DNA of 64,000 bases from Eledone cirrhosa. Taxonomy: Eukaryota. Every line of letters begins with the position of its first letter. Position 1 is the first letter of the stretch. This document shows, piece by piece, positions 51,712 through 64,000 of the stretch. The DNA is taken from contig OZ024765.1 of the NCBI GenBank assembly GCA_964016885.1, forward strand, positions 11,470,001 to 11,534,000, given 5' to 3'. Under the pieces are notes generated by a model. The model saw nothing but the letters and a program-made list of their open reading frames with translations, was not told where the DNA came from and made no database searches. Made by a program: the position numbers and the translations under genes.

Positions 51712-52276
51712 CTAATGTTGGTGAGCTAGACAATAAACACACCCAGTACACTCTGTAATGGTGAGCTAGACAATAAACACACCCAGTACACTCTGTAATG
51801 TTGGTGAGCTAGACAATAAACACATCCAGTACACTCTGTAATGTTGGTGAGCTAGACAATAAACACATCCAGTACACTCTGTAATGTTGGTGAGGTAGAC
51901 AATAAACACATCCAGTACACTCTGTAATGTTGGTGAGGTAGACAATAAACACACCCAGTACACTCTGTAATGTTGGTGAGCTAGACAATAAACACATCCA
52001 GTACACTCTGTATTGTTGGTGAGGTAGACAATAAACACACCCAGTACATTCTGTAATGTTGGTGAGCTAGACAATAAACACACCCAGTACACTCTGTAAT
52101 GTTGGTGAGCTAGACAATAAACACACCCAGTACACTCTGTAATGTTGGTGAGCTAGACAATAAACACACCCAGTACACTCTGTAATGTTGGTGAGCTAGA
52201 CAATAAACACACCCAGTACACTCTGTAATGTTGGTGAGCTAGACAATAAACACACCCAGTACACTCTGTAATGTTA
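51712..52276. repeat. 43-bp tandem array, about 13 copies
   Basis: Unit TAATGTTGGTGAGCTAGACAATAAACACACCCAGTACACTCTG; diverged source-like copy at about 51570-51620. Confidence 0.92.
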
Positions 52277-52314
52277 ATGAGCATGGAATGGCACTTCCAG
52301 CGCATCTCCCTTAC

Positions 52315-52377
52315 CATCTTCCATTCTGTTCTCCGGAGCTGTGGGCCGGCCAGCACGTGGGACCCCATTTGCTCACC
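52315..52377 (-). other. Candidate 63-nt exon
   Basis: Long polypyrimidine tract ..CCCCGTCTCCCTGTAG| 63 nt |GTAAGG; length is a multiple of 3 and two frames are open. Confidence 0.3.
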
Positions 52378-53027
52378 CTACAGGGAGACGGGGAGGGCGA
52401 GAGAGATGGGGGGTGATGAGGGTGGGAGTTTGGCTCTTCTGTGTTCGGACACATTGCACGTGTCAAGAGTGTATATCCATGGACACCAACTCTGTCAAGA
52501 GGCCAGCTGTCTCTATAGGAAGGACATCGAACCATAGCAAATCTGCCAAACAGAGGGTAAAAAAGCCTCTCCAGCCATGCCAACCATGACAAAGGCATGA
52601 GAACTTTTCTAGTGTAAGGGATGGACATGATAGACACACCAGGGTTGTGGTCCAGGGGCCAAAAATGAGGGAAGTGTCAGCAAGTTCAATAACAAACCAG
52701 CCAGAGTAAAATTCTCCTATTGCTTTAATAAAAAAAATCAAGTGTGATGTGATGATCTTCATGCTTTTCTCCAGGTCCATTAAATGGTCAAAGATAGTCA
52801 CCACCACAATAGCAACATGGCTTTGACATAATATTCTGTTATACACATCCATAGACATCTGTTTGCTCTACAATTCTTTCATTGCCATCTCAGAAATCAA
52901 TAACTTAACGATAACTGATTGGTTTGTTACAGCAAGGTTAGTTAGCATATTGATTATATATATATGTATATACATATATATATATATATATGTATGTATG
53001 TATATACATATATATATATATATACAC

Positions 53028-53062
<35 letters not shown>

Positions 53063-53152
53063 CACATACACATACACACATATATATATATATACATACA
53101 TATATATACACACACACACATATATAATTATATATATATACTCATATATACA

Positions 53153-53230
<78 letters not shown>

Positions 53231-53559
53231 TATATATATATATAGATATATATATATACATACACACACACACACACATATATGTATATATATATATATA
53301 TATATACATATATATACATACATACACATACACACATATATATATATATATATACACACATATATATATACACACACACACATATATATATATATATACA
53401 CTTAATATATTGATTTTATATAGATATATATCCGCATAGGTGTCTACAGTAGAGGAATGTCTTAATAAGATGGCTGAAATAAGAAGGATACCAGTTCATG
53501 TCCCAGAGTTAATATTGTTGTTTTTACCACGTTGAGAAGGAAGGGCAGGGTCCAACACC

Positions 53560-53870
53560 CAGGTCCTTTTTAGGGGGTCTGTGACTGATGGAAGAGAAGG
53601 GAAAGACTCAGGACCATGATCATTTTTAGGTCCTCAGTAACTGGTATAAAAGAAGAGCTCATGACCATTATCTGTTTTAGGGTCTACAAGACTGGTGGAA
53701 GAGAAGGGAAGGGCTCAAGACCCCAGTCTTTTAAGGGCTTCAGTAACTGATAGGAAAAAAAAAAGGCTCAGGACCATGATCTCTTTTAGGGCCTAAATGA
53801 CTGGTGGAAGAAAAGGGAAGGTCTTCGGCCCCTGATCCTTTTCAGGGCCTACAAGACTGGTGGAAGTCTT
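53560..53870. repeat. Degenerate about 57-bp tandem repeat, about 5 copies
   Basis: Recurring GACTGGTGGAAGAGAAGGGAAG..CTCAGGACCATGATC. Confidence 0.75.
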
Positions 53871-53923
<53 letters not shown>

Positions 53924-53928
53924 TAGAC

Positions 53929-53962
<34 letters not shown>

Positions 53963-53963
<1 letters not shown>

Positions 53964-54292
53964 GACATGCCTACAAAGTCAGAAAACAGTACAGCTCCCA
54001 TGACTGTTGGAAACATTTTTTCATGCTCAGAGTTGCTGAAGCATGGAACAAACTACCTGCATCGGTTGTTAGCTGCTGGGACACTGCATCCTTTAAAACC
54101 TCCATGCTTCCTGAGATTCACCAACAATACACCTGATATCGCCCCCTCCATACACACGCACACATGTATATCATGACTCATACACTGTTCATTTTCCTGA
54201 CATTTGTACATTATTCTATGTACTATACATGCACCTTTGATGAGTTGAAGTGCACCTGAGCACTGTACACAATAATTTCATTATTATTATTA
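53963..54292 (+). mobile_element. CR1-type LINE 3' end, unexpanded copy
   Basis: GHAYKVRKQYSSHDCWKHFFMLRVAEAWNKLPASVV..SFKTSML. Confidence 0.85.
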
Positions 54293-54445
54293 TATATACA
54301 CCTCCTCTATTATAAAAATATTATACATGCACTCAGACACAAGTGTGCCTTGAACTTGTCTTAAAATAATCACAGCGACATTTTTATATATTTACTATAT
54401 ATATATATATAGTAAATATAGTATTATATATATATAGTAAATAGA

Positions 54446-54485
<40 letters not shown>

Positions 54486-54724
54486 TATATATCTTCATAA
54501 TCACCCCTGTATTATAAAAATATTATATATGCATTCCTGTCCATTCCTTCAAAACTGATTACAGCAATCATTTCAAGACTATGGTATGTTTAAGGGAGCT
54601 ACTACCACTTCTAGCTGTGAAAGGCTTTTCCCTGAAAATGAAAGGCAGACTGTATGATGCATGCATATGAACAGCAATGTTGCATGGTAGTTAGACCTGG
54701 GCGTTGTTTGTAGAAGACTTGTGT

Positions 54725-55307
54725 AGATTAGAAAGAAACGAAGCTTGCACAACATCAAATGTTGTGTGCAGGAGAGGAGATTACGTTGGTATGGACATGT
54801 GATGTGTATGAAGGATGACAGCTGCATAAAAAGGTGCAGAGCACTAGAAGTCAATGGATGCCTTAGAGTGGGGAGACCCAAGAAGAACTGGGATGAGGTG
54901 ATAAAAGCTGACCTTGCCCAATTACACCTCTCAAAGGCGATGACACAGGTCCGAGATCTCTGGTGTCACGCAGTAATACAGAAGACCGAAGTTCCCACGG
55001 GTACAAGCCGAAGCATATAGACAACATGTCCCTCCCACTATTAAGTGGTCGTGGAGGTGTCATTACAAAAAATCCCCCAGCCCACACTGTAAAGTGGACG
55101 TGTAGGCGCCACAGTAAAAAGCATCCAGTACTCACTCTAAATGAGGTTGGTGTTAGGAAGGGCATCCAGCTGTAGAAACTGAGCCAAAATCAGCTGCCGT
55201 ATGAGCAAGACATTGTCACCTGACCTGGCATTGCCCACAACAGGACAAGCCGTCTAACCCATGCTAGTGTGGAAAAATGGACGTACAACGGTGACGATGA
55301 TGATGAT
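54725..55307 (+). mobile_element. RTE 3' ORF fragment followed by a SINE body
   Basis: VQERRLRWYGHVMCM..GRPKKNWDEVIKADL; SINE body at 54990-55307. Confidence 0.8.
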
Positions 55308-55409
55308 ACACACCTCGGTTATATAAACTATCTATACAGGTACATGTAAGCTTCTTAATATCTGTCTATTCAAAAACTGGTATACACACGAACAAAACAA
55401 AATTATGAA

Positions 55410-57830
55410 TACACACACACAAAGATAGGCACACATTAATACACAGCACGAAATAAACACACACACACACACACATACATACATACATAGCACTAAATAC
55501 ACACACACAAAGATAGGCACACATTAATACACAGCACTAAATAAACACACACACACACATACATACATACAAACATAGACACACGTGCATACATAGCACT
55601 AAATACACACACACAAAGATAGGCACACATTAATACACAGCACTAAATAAACACACACACACATATACAAACATAGACACACGTGCATACATAGCACTAA
55701 ATACACACACACAAAGATAGGCACACATTAATACACAGCACTAAATAAACACACACACACACACACATACATACAAACATAGACACACGTGCATACATAG
55801 CACTAAATACACACACACAAAGATAGGCACACATTAATACACAGCACTAAATAAACACACACACACACATACATACAAACATAGACACACGTGCATACAT
55901 AGCACTAAATACACACACACAAAGATAGGCACACATTAATACACAGCACTAAATAAACACACACACACACACACATACATACAAACATAGACACACGTGC
56001 ATACATAGCACTAAATACACACACACAAAGATAGGCACACATTAATACACAGCACTAAATAAACACACACACACACATACAAACATAGACACACGTGCAT
56101 ACATAGCACTAAATACACACACACAAAGATAGGCACACATTAATACACAGCACTAAATAAACACACACACACACACACATACATACAAACATAGACACAC
56201 GTGCATACATAGCACTAAATACACACACACAAAGATAGGCACACATTAATACACAGCACTAAATAAACACACACACACACACACACACACATACATACAA
56301 ACATAGACACACGTGCATACATAGCACTAAATACACACACACAAAGATAGGCACACATTAATACACAGCACTAAATAAACACACACACACACATACATAC
56401 AAACATAGACACACGTGCATACATAGCACTAAATACACACACACAAAGATAGGCACACATTAATACACAGCACTAAATAAACACACACACACATACATAC
56501 ATACAAACATAGACACACGTGCATACATAGCACTAAATACACACACACAAAGATAGGCACACATTAATACACAGCACTAAATAAACACACACACACACAC
56601 ACACATACAAACATAGACACACGTGCATACATAGCACTAAATACACACACACAAAGATAGGCACACATTAATACACAGCACTAAATAAACACACACACAC
56701 ACATACATACAAACATAGACACACGTGCATACATAGCACTAAATACACACACACAAAGATAGGCACACATTAATACACAGCACTAAATAAACACACACAC
56801 ACATACATACATACAAACATAGACACACGTGCATACATAGCACTAAATACACACACACAAAGATAGGCACACATTAATACACAGCACTAAATAAACACAC
56901 ACACACACATACAAACATAGACACACGTGCATACATAGCACTAAATACACACACACAAAGATAGGCACACATTAATACACAGCACTAAATAAACACACAC
57001 ACACACACACATACATACAAACATAGACACACGTGCATACATAGCACTAAATACACACACACATACAAAGATAGGCACACATTAATACACAGCACTAAAT
57101 AAACACACACACACACATACATACAAACATAGACACACGTGCATACATAGCACTAAATACACACACACAAAGATAGGCACACATTAATACACAGCACTAA
57201 ATAAACACACACACACACACACATACATACAAACATAGACACACGTGCATACATAGCACTAAATACACACACACATACAAAGATAGGCACACATTAATAC
57301 ACAGCACTAAATAAACACACACACACACATACATACAAACATAGACACACGTGCATACATAGCACTAAATACACACACACAAAGATAGGCACACATTAAT
57401 ACACAGCACTAAATAAACACACACACACACATACATACAAACATAGACACACGTGCATACATAGCACTAAATACACACACACAAAGATAGGCACACATTA
57501 ATACACAGCACTAAATAAACACACACACACACATACATACATACATACATAGACACACGTGCATACATAGCACTAAATACACACACACATACAAAGATAG
57601 GCACACATTAATACACAGCACTAAATAAACACACACACACACACACACATACATACAAACATAGACACACGTGCATACATAGCACTAAATACACACACAC
57701 AAAGATAGGCACACATTAATACACAGCACTAAATAAACACACACACACACACACATACATACAAACATAGACACACGTGCATACATAGCACTAAATACAC
57801 ACACACATACAAAGATAGGCATGCGCATAC
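55410..57830. repeat. About 97-bp CA-rich tandem array, about 25 copies
   Basis: Unit AAAGATAGGCACACATTAATACACAGCACTAAATAAA(CA)n..ACACGTGCATACATAGCACTAAATAC; variation lies mainly in (CA)n length. Confidence 0.95.
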
Positions 57831-58077
57831 AGAGAACTAAAGAAATACACACACAAACACACACAAGGATAGACACACGTGCATACAGAGCACTATAAAA
57901 ACATACACAAACACACCCAAGCCAGACACTAACACACACATACACACACACACAAGAGTGACTCTGATACACACACAAGCTAGACACTGATACACACACA
58001 CACAAAAGTGTGACATTGACACACACACAAGCCAGACACTAACAGACACACACACACACAAACTAGGCAATGACAAA

Positions 58078-58117
<40 letters not shown>

Positions 58118-58624
58118 ACACACAGACAGACACAGTAACAAACAGACAGACACAGTAACACACAGACAGACACAGCAACACACGTACACACACAGAGACA
58201 CAGCAACAGACGTACACACACGCACCGACACACCTATCATAAACATAAGTCAGAAGTATTAAAACTTCAACGAGAGAAGAGTCACGCAAGAATTGTCTCC
58301 CTTACATGTGTGTTGGACGTCATACGATGAACATGAAACACAGCAGACGACATAGGTTTTCAGTGAATTATGTATGACCTTGAAAATATATTTATTCTAG
58401 TCAATAAAATTAAGGGGTGGAAAGGCATAAACGACACAACGTCACTATTTGTGATAAATGTCCAGCAGTTTTTGAATGTTTAATTATTTATACGAGACAC
58501 ACAAGCGCATATGTGTGTGTGTGTGTGTGTATGTATATATATATATATATATTTATATATACATATATATACATGAGTGTGTGTATGCGTGTGTATATAT
58601 ATATATATATTTATATATACATGA

Positions 58625-58675
<51 letters not shown>

Positions 58676-58795
58676 TATACATAATATATATATATAGATA
58701 TACATACATATATATATAGAGATATACATACATATATATAGATATACATACATATATATAGATACATGTGTATATATATATATACATGTATATAT

Positions 58796-58860
<65 letters not shown>

Positions 58861-58951
58861 AATATATATACATATATATATATATAATAATATATACATG
58901 TATATATATATACACATGTATCTATATATTAATTTATTCAATATAGAAATG

Positions 58952-59000
58952 GCTTCTACACGACTAGAACTGTTTCATTCGAGGGGAATCATCAGGAAAG
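58952..59000 (-). ncRNA. Degenerate family A hammerhead
   Basis: ttc-CTGATGA-ttcccctcgaat-GAAACAG(ttctagtc)GTGT-A-gaag; mismatches in stems II and III. Confidence 0.5.
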
Positions 59001-59103
59001 ATTTGTGTTTGTATATATATATATATATACACATATATATATGTACATATGTTTATAAAAATATATATATATATACATATACATATGTATATATATATAC
59101 ATA

Positions 59104-59147
<44 letters not shown>

Positions 59148-60442
59148 CATATATATATACATGTGTATATATATATATATATATATATACATGCACAAGC
59201 ACTACAAACATACATATGGTGATGGCTGCCCCCTTGTTACTCAGTGTGACCATCACACGACATCTTAATAACAAAAAAAAAATAGTATTGGTGATCGAAT
59301 AAAATATATATAACCATAACCACACACACAAACGTACGTATATATTTACATGCAGAGATATAATAGTACATACATACACATATATACACACACACACATA
59401 GCCACAGATATACAGGCAGAGACACATACACACGCACACACACACACCTAGACAAATACACAGACACCTAGATACAGACACATAGAAACACACACATAGA
59501 CATACACCCACATAGCCACACACACCTAGACACAGATACATAGATACACACACATACACACATAGATACACACACACAGACACACAGACATACACACACA
59601 CCTAGACGCAGACACACACACATACAGACAGATATATAGACAGACAGACGTATAGACGCACAGACACACACACAGGCCCAGACACACACACACATACATA
59701 TATACACTCACGCACATTCAGACACATAGACAAACAGACACACAGACACACACATAGACGCACAGAAACACTGACACACACACATACATACATAGACACA
59801 CACACATGCATACATACAGACACACACACACACAGACAGCCACATAAATACACAGTAAAAGTAATCTTTTAATTCCTATACATATGTGTGTGTGTGTGTT
59901 TAAGACGTTCAGAGGACATCACGATACGAAGACAGTGTATTAAAGGGAGATAATTCTCGTTATCATATATTTCTAAAAGATCGTTTACAGACACACATAT
60001 ATATAACTGTGTATATACACATACGTATTCATATATATACATACATAAATAGGTTTACGCACACACATAGACACACATATATATACGCATATGTGTGTGT
60101 GTATGAATATACAGGGTGTCCCCCAAAAAAATGTATACACATTTCAATAGCATTTTAATAGATATTGCCTGTACAGGTAATCAAAGTGTGTTTAGATTTA
60201 TTTGGACATACTGTATCTATATATCACCATCATCGTTTAACGTCCATCTTCCACGGTAGCATGGGTTAGACGGGTTTGTCCCACTCGAGGCAAGATTGGT
60301 CGGGTGACCCTGTCTCGCTCATATAGAAATGTATCTGGCAGATTTTCTATGGTTGGATGTCCTCCTAACACCAACCATATTTACAGTGTCTCCTACACGA
60401 CCACTTCACAGTGTGGACTGGATATATATGTGTGTGTGCGCG

Positions 60443-60487
<45 letters not shown>

Positions 60488-60522
60488 AATTTAGTAAATA
60501 TATACATATTAAATATTAAATT

Positions 60523-60566
<44 letters not shown>

Positions 60567-60569
60567 GTG

Positions 60570-60773
60570 ATTTAGTAAAAATAGAATCTTTCACCATATT
60601 TTGACTAAAGAAATATTAGCCGGATAGTGGGGTTTAAAACCCAATAAAAATGGAAAAGGCTGAGTATTGACGTACACATACTTTTTTAAATCTTTTAGAT
60701 GGTTTTAAACCCCACTATCATGCTAAAATTTCTTTAGTAAAAAATGCTGTGAAAGATTCTATTTTTACTAAAT
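60570..60773. repeat. Fold-back element (about 70-bp arms) beside (TA)n
   Basis: TTTAGTAAAAATAGAATCTTTCAC..GGGGTTTAAAACC versus GGTTTTAAACCCC..GTGAAAGATTCTATTTTTACTAAA. Confidence 0.8.
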
Positions 60774-60804
60774 TTCAAACTTTGTTCGCTGTTTCGAAAC
60801 ACAA

Positions 60805-60835
<31 letters not shown>

Positions 60836-61464
60836 CATACATATATAGTCCATATACAGAATTAGTGATAATGGTGGTGGTGGTGATGAGGCTGGTGATA
60901 GTAGTGATAATGGTGTTGTTGTTAGTGATGCTGATGATGGTAGTCATGGTGGTATTGGTGTTGTTGGTAGTGATGATAGTTGTGATGTTTGTGATGTTAT
61001 TGTTGATGGTGTTGGTAATGTTTGTGCATATCATCATCATTGTTTAACATACATTTTCCATGATAGCATGGGTTAGATGGGTTGTCCCATTTGAGGCAAG
61101 TCGCGTCAGGTGACCGTCTCTTACTCATATAGAACTCATATGAACTTTATCTTCCTTTCGTTCTCTCTACCCAAACTAAAATGGGACACAAGATCCCTCA
61201 GAATCTCTGCTTCCATCAAAAAGCACCATTGTGGAGCTATGATTGCTGGGTTCTAACTATATCTCTTCTCTTCCCACCACAATACAAGTTCGTTCCCTCG
61301 ATATGCTGCCTTTGAACGATGCCCTCAAATGAAACCTTGATGTGGCCAGTTTCAGGACTTGACCAGAGGCTTCCTTTTTGTGCTGGCTGGTCACTCTCAA
61401 GACCTCTGGAGTTCTCCCCACAGTTCCCAGACTAGAACAGAGGAATGGAAGATATCTACAAACC

Positions 61465-61735
61465 AGGCATGTGGCCTAGTGGTAATGGTGTTGGACTTAC
61501 AACCATAACATCAGAGGTTCCCTTCCTAGACTAGGTTGTGTGTTGTGCTCTTGAGCAAAACTCTCATTTCATGTTGCTCTAGTATACTTAGCTGAAAATG
61601 AGTACCAGGAATAGCTGGAAGTTTGACCCTTCAATGGACTGGTGCCCTATCCAGGGAAGAGTATTGTACTTTCAGTCGTTTAATGCCATGGAAACCAGGA
61701 TAAACACCGGCCTGATGAGCCTCCAGGCTTGAGAT
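61465..61735 (+). mobile_element. Degenerate tRNA-derived SINE
   Basis: TGGCCTAGTGG box A, CTTGAGCAAAAC core, ATGGACTGGTGCCCTATCCAGGG segment. Confidence 0.7.
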
Positions 61736-61747
61736 AGATTTTAGACT

Positions 61748-62768
<1,021 letters not shown>

Positions 62769-63204
62769 GGATTTGACCGAAGGCTTCCTTTTTGTTCTGG
62801 TCACTCACAAGACCTCTAGAGTTCTCCTCCATCACCAGACGGCCACAGAGGAATGGAAGATATTCAAATACAAGGACTTGGCTGAACACTTTTATTTGTG
62901 CTGGTCTCTGTCAAGACCTTTGCTGTCCTTGGTTCCTTTATGGCCATTTCCCTCTGCAAAATTGGCAGGAAAACATCCTGCTTGGAGAAAGAACCACATG
63001 ATGTGAAGTGTCTGTTACAGTATGTGTTGCTGCCTGATATTCATAGCAATACTTTTGGCATTTTGTTCACGAGGTGCAGCTGAGATATACCACCTAGCCA
63101 GGGGTATAGAGTCTGCCAATCCCTCTTCCTCTTCCCCTTACTTTTGCTATTAAATTTTTTCCTCTTTCTTCTTCTTTCTTTATCGTGATGTGTATTTACT
63201 GATC

Positions 63205-63365
63205 ATAGGTGGAGAATTGGCAGAGTTGTTAGAACATTGGATAGAATGCTTTGTAGTATTCATTTTGGCGTTCTGCTCCCTGGGATCAAATCCCACCAAG
63301 GTCAATTTTGCCTTCCATCCATTAATGGTCGATAAAAAAAGTACCAGTCAAGTACTGGAGTCGAT
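63205..63365 (+). mobile_element. Meta-domain-type SINE, degenerate
   Basis: TGGCAGAG..TCAAATCC..GCCTTCCATCC..GGTCGATAAAAAAAGTACCAG. Confidence 0.75.
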
Positions 63366-63862
63366 TCTTCCTCTATATCTCTTTCTCACTTCCTTTCACT
63401 CACTATCTTTCTCTGGGAGAAATCTACTGTATTCAGGCCTGGAGAAGAGATAGGCTCTGCCAGGTTTTAAAAAATGTCCTAGAAATGCTGTTTGTCAATA
63501 AGGCGCCCCTACAACTCCCCAGGAGTTACAAGTACATACTGATGATGTACAACAAGGCAGAAACAATGAATTATATGAGAATATTAAAGGTATAATTATT
63601 AGAAGAATGAACATTTCAGCTGAAACAGTTAAGTATTTTAATAAATATTAAATAAAAACGAAATATGGCGAGCCTTAAGCCTTTCTTTACTATATTTCTC
63701 ATGATATACACTGCAAATATGTTTCAAATAATTCTGAAAGATGTTTTGAATGAGACGAATCATAACTGCTAAATATTGACTAGAAAATATACCTTCCAGC
63801 AAGTTCTCTCCCTTGGAAATTGGATGAAAACAACCAATAAGAGTGAAGCTTATATTGTGTGT

Positions 63863-63936
<74 letters not shown>

Positions 63937-64000
63937 CAGAATATCAGAAAACGAAATAACCCAAAACAGACAAATGCATGAGTAAATGTTACAAATATTA

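Noticed and set aside
51712-52276. CRISPR-like regular repeats (also 25528-26440 and 14259-14690)
   Set aside because: Head-to-tail units with no unique spacers, no cas genes, eukaryotic context
58410-58500. piggyBac-like Cys-rich tail (RHNVTICDKCP..ECL)
   Set aside because: Too short and degenerate to support a call
61700-61745. CTGATGA followed by a GCC..GGC hairpin as a hammerhead
   Set aside because: No GAAA after the hairpin; it is part of a SINE tail

Overview
AT-rich, repeat-saturated eukaryotic DNA. The tRNA/CORE-type and Meta-domain SINEs, RTE LINEs and (TA)n/(TATG)n load suggest a cephalopod, probably an octopod; this is inference, not a database result. No complete protein-coding gene is recognisable. 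Nearly all long ORFs in the track are translations of microsatellites, and only three weak exon candidates were seen. The window holds SINEs, RTE/Rex3, CR1, Tx1-like, Helitron and Penelope-like fragments, and hAT, Tc1/mariner and piggyBac-type MITEs. Two signals stand out. (1) There are about a dozen type I hammerhead-ribozyme (HHR) motifs from at least four sequence families. They sit in short non-coding elements inside (TA)n tracts, often as inverted pairs. Stem I shows compensatory changes between copies, and a Penelope-type endonuclease C-terminal remnant lies next to one of them. (2) There is an unusually high density of young 43-139 bp tandem arrays, most made from an internal slice of a transposon and several bounded by 4-7 bp microhomology. 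Two separate arrays amplify the same 123-bp Rex3 slice with the same junction. All folds and alignments were done by eye.
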